Below are positions 10,114 to 18,742 of a stretch of DNA of 32,888 nt, piece after piece. Made by a program: the position numbers and the translations under genes. Below the pieces are notes generated by a model that saw only the letters and a list, made by a program, of their open reading frames with translations, was not told the DNA's origin and did not search any database. Each line of letters opens with the position of its first letter. Position 1 is the first letter of the stretch. Location: positions 1 to 32,888 of the forward strand of contig JAPUHH010000084.1 of the NCBI GenBank assembly GCA_027297825.1, in the 5' to 3' direction. This DNA is from Gammaproteobacteria bacterium. Lineage in GTDB: Bacteria > Pseudomonadota > Gammaproteobacteria > UBA4575.

Positions 10114-10415
10114 CTAAATCTTGTCGTTTTATAAGCCACATCAAAACTATCGATATAGCCTTGTATTATTTGCGTAGTAGTTTTTTCACAGTTGTCACCG
10201 CATCAACACTTGACTGACGCGACTAGTAGATAGTGCATACGCCATGCCAACATCTTTAAATGAATATAAAACAATGAGTTATGATCGATTCCGGGGAATT
10301 CATTGGTATTGCACAAATATAATGCACTGTTTTAATTCGCAACTGCCCATATATGATGCGCTACGGTTTAGCCAGATTCGGTTACACTAGTTTGTAGATT
10401 GAATGGAGAATTGCG

Positions 10416-10670
10416 ATGAAAATTGACACTCAAGCGCTAGATGAAATGGTGCGCAAAATTAGTGCCGTGATACCTGATGATTTAAAGTCAGCCAGACAGA
10501 GCCTTGAAAAAAATGCTCGAATTGCAACAGAAAGCGTGTTTCAACGTCTTGATCTCGTCACTCGCGAGGAATTCGATGTGCAAGAAAAGATGTTGTCGAA
10601 TAGTCAACTACGCGTGAAAAAATTAGAGCAACGTATACAGGAACTAGAAAATAAAATACTAGATAAGTAA
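10416..10670 (+). CDS. ubiK: ubiquinone biosynthesis accessory factor UbiK (YqiC/BMFP family)
   Basis: 84 aa. LDLVTREEFDVQEKMLSNSQLRVKKLEQRIQELE is the characteristic C-terminal coiled coil. SD-like GGAG 8 nt upstream. Lies immediately upstream of comM, as in many gammaproteobacteria. Confidence 0.8.
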   Translation: MKIDTQALDEMVRKISAVIPDDLKSARQSLEKNARIATESVFQRLDLVTREEFDVQEKMLSNSQLRVKKLEQRIQELENKILDK

Positions 10671-10695
10671 TTTTCATAAATTCTCTATTGCCTGC

Positions 10696-12207
10696 ATGAA
10701 TCTCGCTACGATCTTTTCCCGTGCGCAAACGGGCATGGATGCACCCTTAGTTACTGTTGAAGTACATCTTTCAAATGGCTTGCCAGGTTTATCCATTGTC
10801 GGGTTACCGGAAGCTGCGGTAAAAGAAAGTAAAGATCGCGTTCGCGCTGCATTACTCAATTCTGGCTACCAATTCCCAACACGTCGCATTACGATAAATC
10901 TTGCTCCCGCAGACTTACCTAAAGAAGGCGGCAGATTTGACTTACCCATTGCGCTTGGAATTTTAGCGGCTTCCGATCAACTGCCGCATGAATCCCTTCA
11001 TGAGTATGAATTCCTTGGTGAACTTAGTTTAAGTGGACAACTACGCAGTGTGCATGGTGTGTTGCCAGCCGCAGTGGCCACTGGCAAGCACTCACGCACC
11101 ATTGTAGTCCCGATTGATAATGGCGGTGAAGCATTACTTGCCAAGCAAGCCAAAGTACTCGTGGCAAATAGTTTGTTAGAAATCAGTGCGCACTTATCTG
11201 GTCAAGAAAGAATCTCACCCTTCACGCAAGCCCTCGATGTAAATTCATGCGTAGAAGCGTTTGATCTTAGCGATGTACGAGGCCAACATCATGCAAAACG
11301 CGCATTAGAGGTGGCTGCCGCCGGTGGACATAATATGTTGATGGTCGGGTCGCCGGGCAGTGGCAAAACCATGTTAGCCAGTCGACTACCCAGCATCTTA
11401 CCGGCACTCAGCGAACAAGAAGTGGTTGAATCCGCCACTATCTATTCAATCAGTCATGGTGGCTTTAATCATCAACAATGGGGCACACGCCCATTTCGCG
11501 CACCTCACCATACTGCCTCAGGTGTCGCATTGGTGGGGGGTGGCTCCTATCCAATGCCGGGAGAAATTTCCTTAGCTCATCATGGCGTTTTATTTTTAGA
11601 TGAATTAACGGAATTTGATCGTCGTGTATTGGAAGTATTGCGCGAACCATTAGAATCTGGGCATATTGCAATTTCACGTGCGGCGCGACAAGTGCAATTC
11701 CCTGCTCGCTTTCAACTTATTGCGGCCATGAATCCTTGCCCGCAAGATTGTGATATCGATATTAACGGTAACTGCGCCTGCACTCCTGAACAAATTCGAC
11801 GTTACCGCACGCGCATTTCTGCGCCGCTACTCGATCGCATCGATATCCATATTGATGTGCCGCGTGTACAAAAAGAACAATTACGTCAACAGACAGATGC
11901 TTCGGGAGCATCTAGCCAGGATGTACGACAACGCGTTAGTGAAGCTCGACAACGTCAATTGGAACGGCAACAAAAACCCAATGCGTTTATGAGTAACAAA
12001 CAAATAGAACAGTTTTGTTTGCTTAATCAAGAATGTGAAAAATTAATGGATCAAGCTTATGAACAACTAGGTCTGTCTGCACGCGGGTACCATCGAACCC
12101 TAAAACTTGCACGCACCATCGCAGATTTAGAAAATTCAGCAGTAATCCTAACCAAGCACTTGAGTGAAGCTATTAGCTATAGACATTATGACCGCTTACT
12201 CAGTTAA
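10696..12207 (+). CDS. comM: YifB/ComM family ATPase (Mg-chelatase-like)
   Basis: 503 aa. N-terminal Lon-protease-like S5 domain (VEVHLSNGLPGLSIVGLP), Walker A GSPGSGKT, LFLDELTEF, Cys cluster CPQDCD...CACTPEQIRRY, and LLDRIDIHIDVP. Confidence 0.92.
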   Translation: MNLATIFSRAQTGMDAPLVTVEVHLSNGLPGLSIVGLPEAAVKESKDRVRAALLNSGYQFPTRRITINLAPADLPKEGGRFDLPIALGILAASDQLPHESLHEYEFLGELSLSGQLRSVHGVLPAAVATGKHSRTIVVPIDNGGEALLAKQAKVLVANSLLEISAHLSGQERISPFTQALDVNSCVEAFDLSDVRGQHHAKRALEVAAAGGHNMLMVGSPGSGKTMLASRLPSILPALSEQEVVESATIYSISHGGFNHQQWGTRPFRAPHHTASGVALVGGGSYPMPGEISLAHHGVLFLDELTEFDRRVLEVLREPLESGHIAISRAARQVQFPARFQLIAAMNPCPQDCDIDINGNCACTPEQIRRYRTRISAPLLDRIDIHIDVPRVQKEQLRQQTDASGASSQDVRQRVSEARQRQLERQQKPNAFMSNKQIEQFCLLNQECEKLMDQAYEQLGLSARGYHRTLKLARTIADLENSAVILTKHLSEAISYRHYDRLLS

Positions 12208-12241
12208 ATCATTAGCCAAGTAAGCGCCAAACAAAACCGAT

Positions 12242-12733
12242 TTATTGAACTGATCCCAACATGTAATCCACCGCTAGCTGAATATCCGCATCGGAAAAAT
12301 CTACACGTCCACCTTTTGCAGGCATCGCGCCAATTCCATTAATAGCGCTGGCTAATAGCTTATCCGCACCTTTCGCCATACGCGGACCCCAGCTGGCTTT
12401 ATCGCCAAATTTCGGAGCATTAAGCACACCAGTTGCATGACATGCACTGCAAGCTTGAGCATAGAGCTGCTCACCTGACAGTCCTGATGCGGCAGGCTCG
12501 TTGGAATCATCACCTTCACTTGAAGCTGTATCGGCTGCATTGGCAACCTCACCTGCTAGCGCCAAACGAGCTACCGGTTTGATACGGTCTTCAATTCTGC
12601 CCTTAACTATGACGTCTTCAGAATAGTCCGTATCAGAAATGAGTACATTGGCAAGGATCAATATCAGCACTGTAAGCCCTACCAGCACCCCAATTATAAT
12701 CATCAATTGCGTTGCAAACTGCTTATCTTCCAC
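12242..12733 (-). CDS. membrane-anchored cytochrome c5 family protein
   Basis: 163 aa. N-terminal TM anchor, acidic linker, single heme motif CSACH followed by ATGVLNAPKFGD....W, and the GIGAMPAKGG Met-ligand region. GTG start with GGAG upstream. Confidence 0.85.
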   Translation of the reverse strand: MEDKQFATQLMIIIGVLVGLTVLILILANVLISDTDYSEDVIVKGRIEDRIKPVARLALAGEVANAADTASSEGDDSNEPAASGLSGEQLYAQACSACHATGVLNAPKFGDKASWGPRMAKGADKLLASAINGIGAMPAKGGRVDFSDADIQLAVDYMLGSVQ

Positions 12734-12886
12734 ACAAACTCCTAATCATATTCGCTGTACTTTAGTTGCGCTGCGGATTATAGAGAATGCTTGATACGAA
12801 ACCAAATAGCCCTTCCGTAGTGGTATTAAGCTTTATCTCACAAATCGGTTTAACAGAAACTCTAAAATCAGCTTAAACTCTTAAAT

Positions 12887-14718
12887 ATGGCTTTCCCCCC
12901 AGCTCCTGACCACCATGCCATCGCGATATTGGCATTAACCATCATTGCGCTCATTCTTTTCACACGTGAACGTATCCCGTTAGAGACATCTAGTTTATTC
13001 GTTATTGCGGTACTCGCCATTGGATTTGAATTATTCCCTTATCAACACAATGGGGAAATGTTGCACTCAATTGAGCTATTTTCTGGTTTTGGACATGAGG
13101 CACTGATTGCCGTTTGCGCATTAATGATTGCACAGGCCAAGGCCTAGTTCGCACAGGAGCACTAGAACCCATTGGTCGCTCGCTAGCAAAGCTTTGGCGG
13201 GTTAGCCCTATGATTTCCCTATTACTAACCTTAGTGATCGGTGCAGCACTGAGTGCCTTTATTAATAACACTCCGGTAGTGGTACTGCTGCTGCCGATTT
13301 TAATTAGCGTTTCGCTGCGCACCAATCGATCTCCTGCGGGTGTTTTAATGCCGATGGGATTTGCCACTTTGATAGGTGGCATGTGCACCACGATCGGCAC
13401 CTCTACAAACCTGTTAGTCGTATCCGTGGCAGCGGACTTAGGTGTTGAAAAATTCTCCATGTTTGATTTCATTCTGCCTGCCAGCATAGCCTCTATTGTC
13501 GGCATTACTTACTTGTGGCTGATTGCTCCACACATCGTTTCTGAACGCGATACCCCTTTAGCCAATAGTTCGCCACGAATATTTCTTGCCCAGTTACATA
13601 TTTCTGAGGAAAGTCGTTGCGTAGCAAAAACTTTAGCGGAAATAATAAAACTTACCGGTGGCACGATGAAGGTAGAACGCATTCAGCGCGGAGAAAACAC
13701 CTACTTATCCTTGTTACCGGATGTTGAAATCAAAGCTGGAGATCGTATATATGTTCGTGATACACCAAAAGACTTAAAAGAATTTGAAGAAGTGTTAGAA
13801 GCCACATTATTTTCCAACAATGAGCCCATCAGCGAACAAGACTTGTACTCGACCTCGCAACAACAACTCGCAGAAATTGTAGTATCGCAGGGCTCGCCCT
13901 TAGATAACATGACCCTTTCACGTTTACGCTTCCGCGAACGTTACCAACTCATTCCTTTAGCATTGCATCATGGCGGTAAAAAAGTTGAAAACTTGTATTC
14001 CGGTGTACGCGAAGTTTGGCTGCGTACCGGCGACATTATTTTAGTACAAGGCAAATCGAAAGCCATCGCAAAACTAAAAAGAAGTGGTGAATTATTAATA
14101 CTAGATTCAACAGAAAATTTACCACACTCCGCTAAAGCTCCCTTAGCGCTATGGATCATGATTGGTATTGTTTTAACTGCAGCAATTGGAGTTTTACCCA
14201 TCGCGATTAGTGCAGTATGCGGGGTATTGTTAATGATTATTTGCAGCTGCTTGACTTGGCGTGAAGCCACACAAGCTTTAAGTGCACCCATTATTTTAAT
14301 TGTGGTTGCGAGTCTAGCAATCGGTTCGGCTTTAGTTAAAACTGGTGGCACGGAATATTTGGCTAGTTTATTTGTTTATTCAACTGATGGTGCGAGCGTA
14401 CCTGTCATTTTAAGTGGCTTAATGTTGCTGATGGCTTTGCTTACTAATGTGGTTTCTAATAACGCCGCCGCAGTAATTGGAACACCGGTTGCAGTAAGTA
14501 TCGCGGCACAACTCGCCCAACCCGCAGCGCCTTTTATCTTAGCCGTGCTATTCGGTGCAAACATGAGTTACATCACACCCATGGCATACAAAACAAACTT
14601 ATTAGTAATGAACGCTGGCGGTTATAAGTTTATTGATTTTGTCAAAGTCGGCACACCACTTACCATTCTTATGTGGTTAACCTATTCATGGTTATTGCCA
14701 TTTATCTACATACTATAG
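12887..14718 (+). pseudogene. SLC13/DASS-type permease with two TrkA-C domains, interrupted by a frameshift near 13130
   Basis: The 86-aa ORF (12887..13147) ends ..GHEALIAVCALMI-AQAKA*. The overlapping 534-aa ORF reads ..GQGLVRTGALEPIGRSLAKLW.. from 13135 in the next frame. Joined across about 13130-13134, they give a continuous roughly 610-aa permease. Confidence 0.7.
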
Positions 14719-14798
14719 GCATTTAGCCTGTTGAACAGGCCCTACTATCTGGATTTCGATTAGACTTGCACAGTTGCAAACAACACCGCTACATCACT

Positions 14799-15329
14799 AT
14801 GAACAATATGAATAAGGATATTCTAGTTCTATTATTCAGCCTCAGTAGCACTTTACTCTTTTCTGCTTGCTCACACGTACCACAACAAAGAGTCACACTA
14901 CCCAATAACCATGGGACCACTGTAGACCAACCGTTAATCTCGAAACAACCATCTAAACATCAGCTGGGCCAGAAAATTGCAGCCTTGGCAAAATCACAGC
15001 TAGGCAAGCCTTACCGTTATGGAGGCGCTTCGCCGACTGGATTTGATTGCAGTGGTTTAGTGTATTTCAGCCACACAAAATTAGGCATAAGCATTCCACG
15101 CACTACTCAACAACAACATTATTCTGCTCTACCCATCAGAATTGGAGAACTTGAGTCGGGTGATGCTGTGTTCTTCACGCTAAATGGAAAGAATATCTCT
15201 CATGTAGGAATTTATATTGGCAAAGGGCAATTTGTGCATGCGCCCAAGTCAGGTAAAGCAGTTTCCACCGACCATTTGAACAGCCCGTTTTGGAAAACTC
15301 GGATTGTGGGTGCAGGACGCCTTTATTAA
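14799..15329 (+). CDS. NlpC/P60 (C40) family peptidoglycan endopeptidase lipoprotein
   Basis: Lipoprotein signal MNNMNKDILVLLFSLSSTLLFSAC. Catalytic block YRYGGASPTGFDCSGLVYF with downstream H (ISHVGIYIG) and FVHAP. I preferred the ATG at 14799 over the TTG at 14766. Confidence 0.88.
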   Translation: MNNMNKDILVLLFSLSSTLLFSACSHVPQQRVTLPNNHGTTVDQPLISKQPSKHQLGQKIAALAKSQLGKPYRYGGASPTGFDCSGLVYFSHTKLGISIPRTTQQQHYSALPIRIGELESGDAVFFTLNGKNISHVGIYIGKGQFVHAPKSGKAVSTDHLNSPFWKTRIVGAGRLY

Positions 15330-15483
15330 ATGCCAACTCAACTGATTAACATTGCTAAAGTTTATCTGCCATCCAACCCCACTAATCACTCTTCATCCAC
15401 CACTAATCGCCATTAGCCATTGGAATGACCTGTAAGCACTTACGATGTGAATGCTCTAAAAAAATGGATATTGGGAAGGCGAA

Positions 15484-15648
15484 ATGGACACGGAAGTTAA
15501 ACTTACAACCAGAAAAATCTTTGATGATTTAAGGAAGCAGCAACCACCTGCGCGACCTCGAATTAGTGATCGCATCAATGTTGAACAAATGCTAGACGAA
15601 TTTCACGCAAGAAATTCGCAACACGAAAAAAAGACTAAAGCTAATTAA
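15484..15648 (+). CDS. possible 54-aa hydrophilic small protein (unverified)
   Basis: ATG preceded by GGAAGG 5 nt upstream. Basic/hydrophilic 54 codons, below the ORF-track cut-off. Sits in an otherwise empty 320-bp gap. No homology recognisable. Confidence 0.2.
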   Translation: MDTEVKLTTRKIFDDLRKQQPPARPRISDRINVEQMLDEFHARNSQHEKKTKAN

Positions 15649-15652
15649 GCTT

Positions 15653-16375
15653 TTATTCTATAGTTTCAGATGATGCACTTAGATTGGCTTCTTGCTGTGC
15701 CAATTGATTAATCAATTGCAGTAGTCTTTCATAACTCCCCGCATCACTTGCCGTACTGCGGTACTTGCCATTAATAATTACGGCAGGCACGGAGCTTGAA
15801 CCATACTGAAGCACTAACTGTTTAGCACGCTTGGTTTTTGTCTCAACATAGAGTGAATCATAGGCTTTTTTAAACTCTTTTCCATCGATCCCATGTTGAG
15901 TTAAAAAACGCGCCATTGAATCCATATCATGCAAACGCCTTCCTTGCTCATGAATCGCTGCAAAGAATATTGGATGTATCCTCTCAATCTCACCCATGGC
16001 TTCTAGAGCATAGTAGGCACGTGCATGAGGAACCCAACTCCGATTCAATACGGCGGGTATACGCATAAATTCAACATTCGCGGCTTTTTCCTGCATCCAG
16101 CTAGTTAGATATTTCTCAAATTGATAACAATGAGGACAGCCGTACCAAAAAAGCTCCAGTACTTCAACACTACCCGCCTTTACATCGGTGGGAACTGCGG
16201 GCGAAATCCGGTGGTAGTGCTTACCTTCTTGAAATTCGCCCGTGGCTTCCTGCGCCTGATCATGTTGCGCATGGTCATGCTCAGCTTCGTTGGCTCTAGT
16301 GGTGACTAAAAGCATAGAAGCGACTAAGGCAAATAATAGAACGAAGGAAACACGAAAAGAGTTTAGATTATTCAT
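15653..16375 (-). CDS. dsbA: thiol:disulfide interchange protein DsbA with His-rich N-terminal extension
   Basis: Signal peptide, thioredoxin active site FWYGCPHCYQFE, and the cis-Pro region SSVPAVIING. Downstream of cytochrome c4 in the conserved engB/cc4/dsbA neighbourhood. Confidence 0.9.
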   Translation of the reverse strand: MNNLNSFRVSFVLLFALVASMLLVTTRANEAEHDHAQHDQAQEATGEFQEGKHYHRISPAVPTDVKAGSVEVLELFWYGCPHCYQFEKYLTSWMQEKAANVEFMRIPAVLNRSWVPHARAYYALEAMGEIERIHPIFFAAIHEQGRRLHDMDSMARFLTQHGIDGKEFKKAYDSLYVETKTKRAKQLVLQYGSSSVPAVIINGKYRSTASDAGSYERLLQLINQLAQQEANLSASSETIE

Positions 16376-16482
16376 ATTCGAAACTGATTATTATAATTAC
16401 TTATTTGGACCGTATTTGGCATCTATGGTTCTACTGCACATAACTAAATCTAATGCCGTCGAGCTGATCTACCTAAATGGCG

Positions 16483-17112
16483 TTAATATAGACCAGAAAT
16501 ATACTCAGCAACCGCGTCAATTTCAGTGTCTGTCATATAGTTGCTGATATCTTTCATCATGTTTAAATTATCATCCGTTTGATACCTAGCGCCACTTCGA
16601 TAAGCCCTTAACTGTGCTGCTGTATAGACCGAATGTTGGCCGGCTAAACGTGGAAATTTTGCAGGTACATTGCCGACACCAGCTGGCCCATGGCAAGACA
16701 TGCATGCGGGTACGCCAGTTTCAGCATTGCCACCATGGTAGATTCTCTCACCAATAACGTACAACTTCTTACCTTGAAATTCTTTTTCAGGATCTGCAGT
16801 GCCTGTGCTGGGCGATTGACCGGCAAAATATGCAGCTAAATCTTGGATATCTTGCTCGGATAAGTTGACCGCCTGTGGGTTCATCAACGTATTAATACGT
16901 ATTTTTTCTTTGAATAACTGCAACTGATCGATAAGATATTTTTCCCCTTGCCCGGCTAGTTTTGGCCAAGCAGGATTCGCACTATTGCCGTCCACGCCAT
17001 GACAAGCTGCACAGGGGGTCGCTTTTTGCTTACCAGCTTGCGGATCACCACCTGCATAAACATTCGTAACAAACAACAAGCAAATGCCTAGCAAACAACA
17101 CAGTTTCTTCAT
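16483..17112 (-). CDS. diheme cytochrome c4
   Basis: 209 aa with a signal peptide. Two heme motifs, CAACHG and CMSCHG, each followed by P.LAGQ, in a two-domain repeat architecture. Confidence 0.92.
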   Translation of the reverse strand: MKKLCCLLGICLLFVTNVYAGGDPQAGKQKATPCAACHGVDGNSANPAWPKLAGQGEKYLIDQLQLFKEKIRINTLMNPQAVNLSEQDIQDLAAYFAGQSPSTGTADPEKEFQGKKLYVIGERIYHGGNAETGVPACMSCHGPAGVGNVPAKFPRLAGQHSVYTAAQLRAYRSGARYQTDDNLNMMKDISNYMTDTEIDAVAEYISGLY

Positions 17113-17348
17113 GCGTCTAATTCCTTACTTCAAAATAGGTTTATATGACTTAGTAAAGCCAAGCCTCGAATTCATGATGACTTGGCTAAAAGGGCTGTTT
17201 GTATACCATAAAAACACATGCTGCCGCAAAAATTCGCATATTTGGAAATAATCACGGTGTAGCTTTAATTAATGTATATAGTCTTAGGCTATCTAAGCAT
17301 CATTTATACAACCGTACATTCTCAAAATCATACATTGCTACCCGCTAA

Positions 17349-17972
17349 ATGAAGATTCCACTCACACAGGCCCGCTTTACAAAAAGTGCTTCAGCCGTAA
17401 AGAACTTCCCTACAGACTCACGTGCTGAAATCGCTTTTTGCGGACGCTCCAATGCCGGTAAATCAAGTGCCATCAATGCACTATGCCGGCAAAACAGTCT
17501 GGCGCGCACCAGTAAGACGCCAGGGCGTACACAATTGATAAATTTCTTTAAGGTAGATGGTGACTCACATCTTGTGGATCTACCTGGCTACGGCTATGCC
17601 AAAGCCCCTGCAAAAGTACAACTGCAATGGCAGCGCTTAATGGAAAACTATTTGGTTAACCGCAATGCTTTATGCGGTTTGGTTTTAGTGATGGATATTC
17701 GGCATCCGCTCACCGAAATAGATTGGACCATGATTCGCTGGACGAAACACTATCAACGGCCCCTGTATATCTTGTTAACTAAAGTCGACAAGGTGAATAA
17801 AAATGACACGGTAAAAACACTAACCAAAGTAACCTCCGATTTAGAAAAGCAAGGCTTTAATTGCGGAGTCCAAGTATTCTCTTCCACCAAAAAAATTGGC
17901 ATCTCTCAAGCACAAAAAAAGATTTCGGCATGGTTATCCGAAGCATTAGAGAGGACCCCTGATCTAGATTAA
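17349..17972 (+). CDS. engB: ribosome biogenesis GTP-binding protein YihA/EngB
   Basis: 207 aa. G1 GRSNAGKSS, TPGRTQ, DLPGYGYA and G4 TKVDK. Divergent from cytochrome c4. Confidence 0.95.
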   Translation: MKIPLTQARFTKSASAVKNFPTDSRAEIAFCGRSNAGKSSAINALCRQNSLARTSKTPGRTQLINFFKVDGDSHLVDLPGYGYAKAPAKVQLQWQRLMENYLVNRNALCGLVLVMDIRHPLTEIDWTMIRWTKHYQRPLYILLTKVDKVNKNDTVKTLTKVTSDLEKQGFNCGVQVFSSTKKIGISQAQKKISAWLSEALERTPDLD

Positions 17973-17984
17973 AAATAATCCAGA

Positions 17985-18020
17985 TTAAAAATGCCCCGGT
18001 TAAATGAGATAAACCGGGGC
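17985..18020 (-). terminator. rho-independent terminator reading on the minus strand
   Basis: Perfect 9-bp stem GCCCCGGTT/AACCGGGGC (17993-18001 and 18012-18020) with a 10-nt loop. On the minus strand it is followed by AUUUUUAAU. On the plus strand it is followed by A-rich sequence, so it is a poor plus-strand terminator for engB. Confidence 0.6.
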
Positions 18021-18134
18021 TAAAAATGACTCGGTTGGGGAGCCCGAGCCTAAACATGCCCGCTAAGGGAGGGAAGCGGGTAACGCTATTGCGTAATTAG
18101 TTAGAGGGTAGAAAGATCTGAAAGTTCTCGATAT
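17986..18134 (-). ncRNA. candidate small regulatory RNA, or a structured 3' UTR of the 122-aa gene
   Basis: ORF-free minus-strand unit. It has a promoter-like TTACAA-17nt-TATATT (18169-18141) and single-stranded CUUUCUACCCUCU. Two hairpins have loops UCCCUCCCUU and GCUCCCCAA. The terminal feature is the intrinsic terminator listed above. Confidence 0.3.
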
Positions 18135-18179
18135 TATGAAAATATATTGGGGAACTTTTTGGCTTGTAATGGTCTAGTA

Positions 18180-18548
18180 CTAGAATCGTTGTTTTACAGA
18201 AACCCCATAAGCTTCGGCGTCTTCTTCTGGCAAAATAGCAATACTGTGCTGCTCTGGGTGCTGACGCAAATCATCTAATCCATCCCCTTGATACACCTGC
18301 AAAGACAACCTTCTTTGCACAGGTTCAGAACCGTCAGAATCTTGTGGTGTAGAGAGCTTAACGATAGCGCTAAAATTTTGACTATTTCGCTGTTGCATCA
18401 TATCGGGCGTCCAGGCATACGGATGATGGGGGTCTATAGAAGAAAGGTCTCCAAGACCCAAATCTAATGCTGTTGCAACCTGTACGACAGTACATGCAGA
18501 AACTACTACTGCAAAAAATAAAGTGGCTTTAATGACGTTCCTTATCAT
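18180..18548 (-). CDS. hypothetical secreted protein or lipoprotein
   Basis: 122-aa ORF with signal peptide MIRNVIKATLFFAVVVSAC (lipobox-like VSAC). The mature part is acidic/polar and the C-terminal residue is Phe. No family recognised. Confidence 0.5.
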   Translation of the reverse strand: MIRNVIKATLFFAVVVSACTVVQVATALDLGLGDLSSIDPHHPYAWTPDMMQQRNSQNFSAIVKLSTPQDSDGSEPVQRRLSLQVYQGDGLDDLRQHPEQHSIAILPEEDAEAYGVSVKQRF

Positions 18549-18742
18549 TTTCTATCCCTGAAGTAACAAGTATGTCCAATATACTTAACCTTAATGCTCC
18601 AACTCGAGTGTTAATCGATGGACAAATTATATTTGCGCAGCTGGCCCCTGCCTATGAGGATAGATAAAAGGCAACCACAAAAGGACCAGTGGCTAGCTAG
18701 CACCTTGGTGCTACGTTGCAGGCCTACCCATACGACCATCGG

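Noticed and set aside
10300-10330. Possible sigma54 or NtrC site (TGGTATTGCACAAATATAATGCAC) upstream of the P-II gene.
   Set aside because: The GG-N10-GC spacing of a -24/-12 promoter is not satisfied on either strand, and the half-sites do not match TGCACC-N5-GGTGCA.
12193-12226. 8-bp inverted repeat CGCTTACT...AGTAAGCG spanning the comM stop, as a possible bidirectional terminator between comM and cytochrome c5.
   Set aside because: The loop is 18 nt and no U-tract follows on either strand, so the evidence for intrinsic termination is weak.
13002-13505. 167-aa minus-strand ORF, plus minus-strand ORFs at 13701..13910, 13968..14351 and 14376..14564.
   Set aside because: They are antisense to the SLC13 permease, whose translation shows strong family conservation. 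The antisense translations are typical mirror images of a hydrophobic membrane protein.
17857-18057. 66-aa minus-strand ORF spanning the engB 3' end.
   Set aside because: It runs straight through two hairpins and the intrinsic terminator, then antisense into engB. The region is better explained as structured RNA.
18572-18667. 31-codon plus-strand ORF (MSNILNLNAPTRVLIDGQIIFAQLAPAYEDR).
   Set aside because: It has no SD, is very short, and lies in the promoter region of the divergent 122-aa gene. Nothing supports it beyond an open frame.
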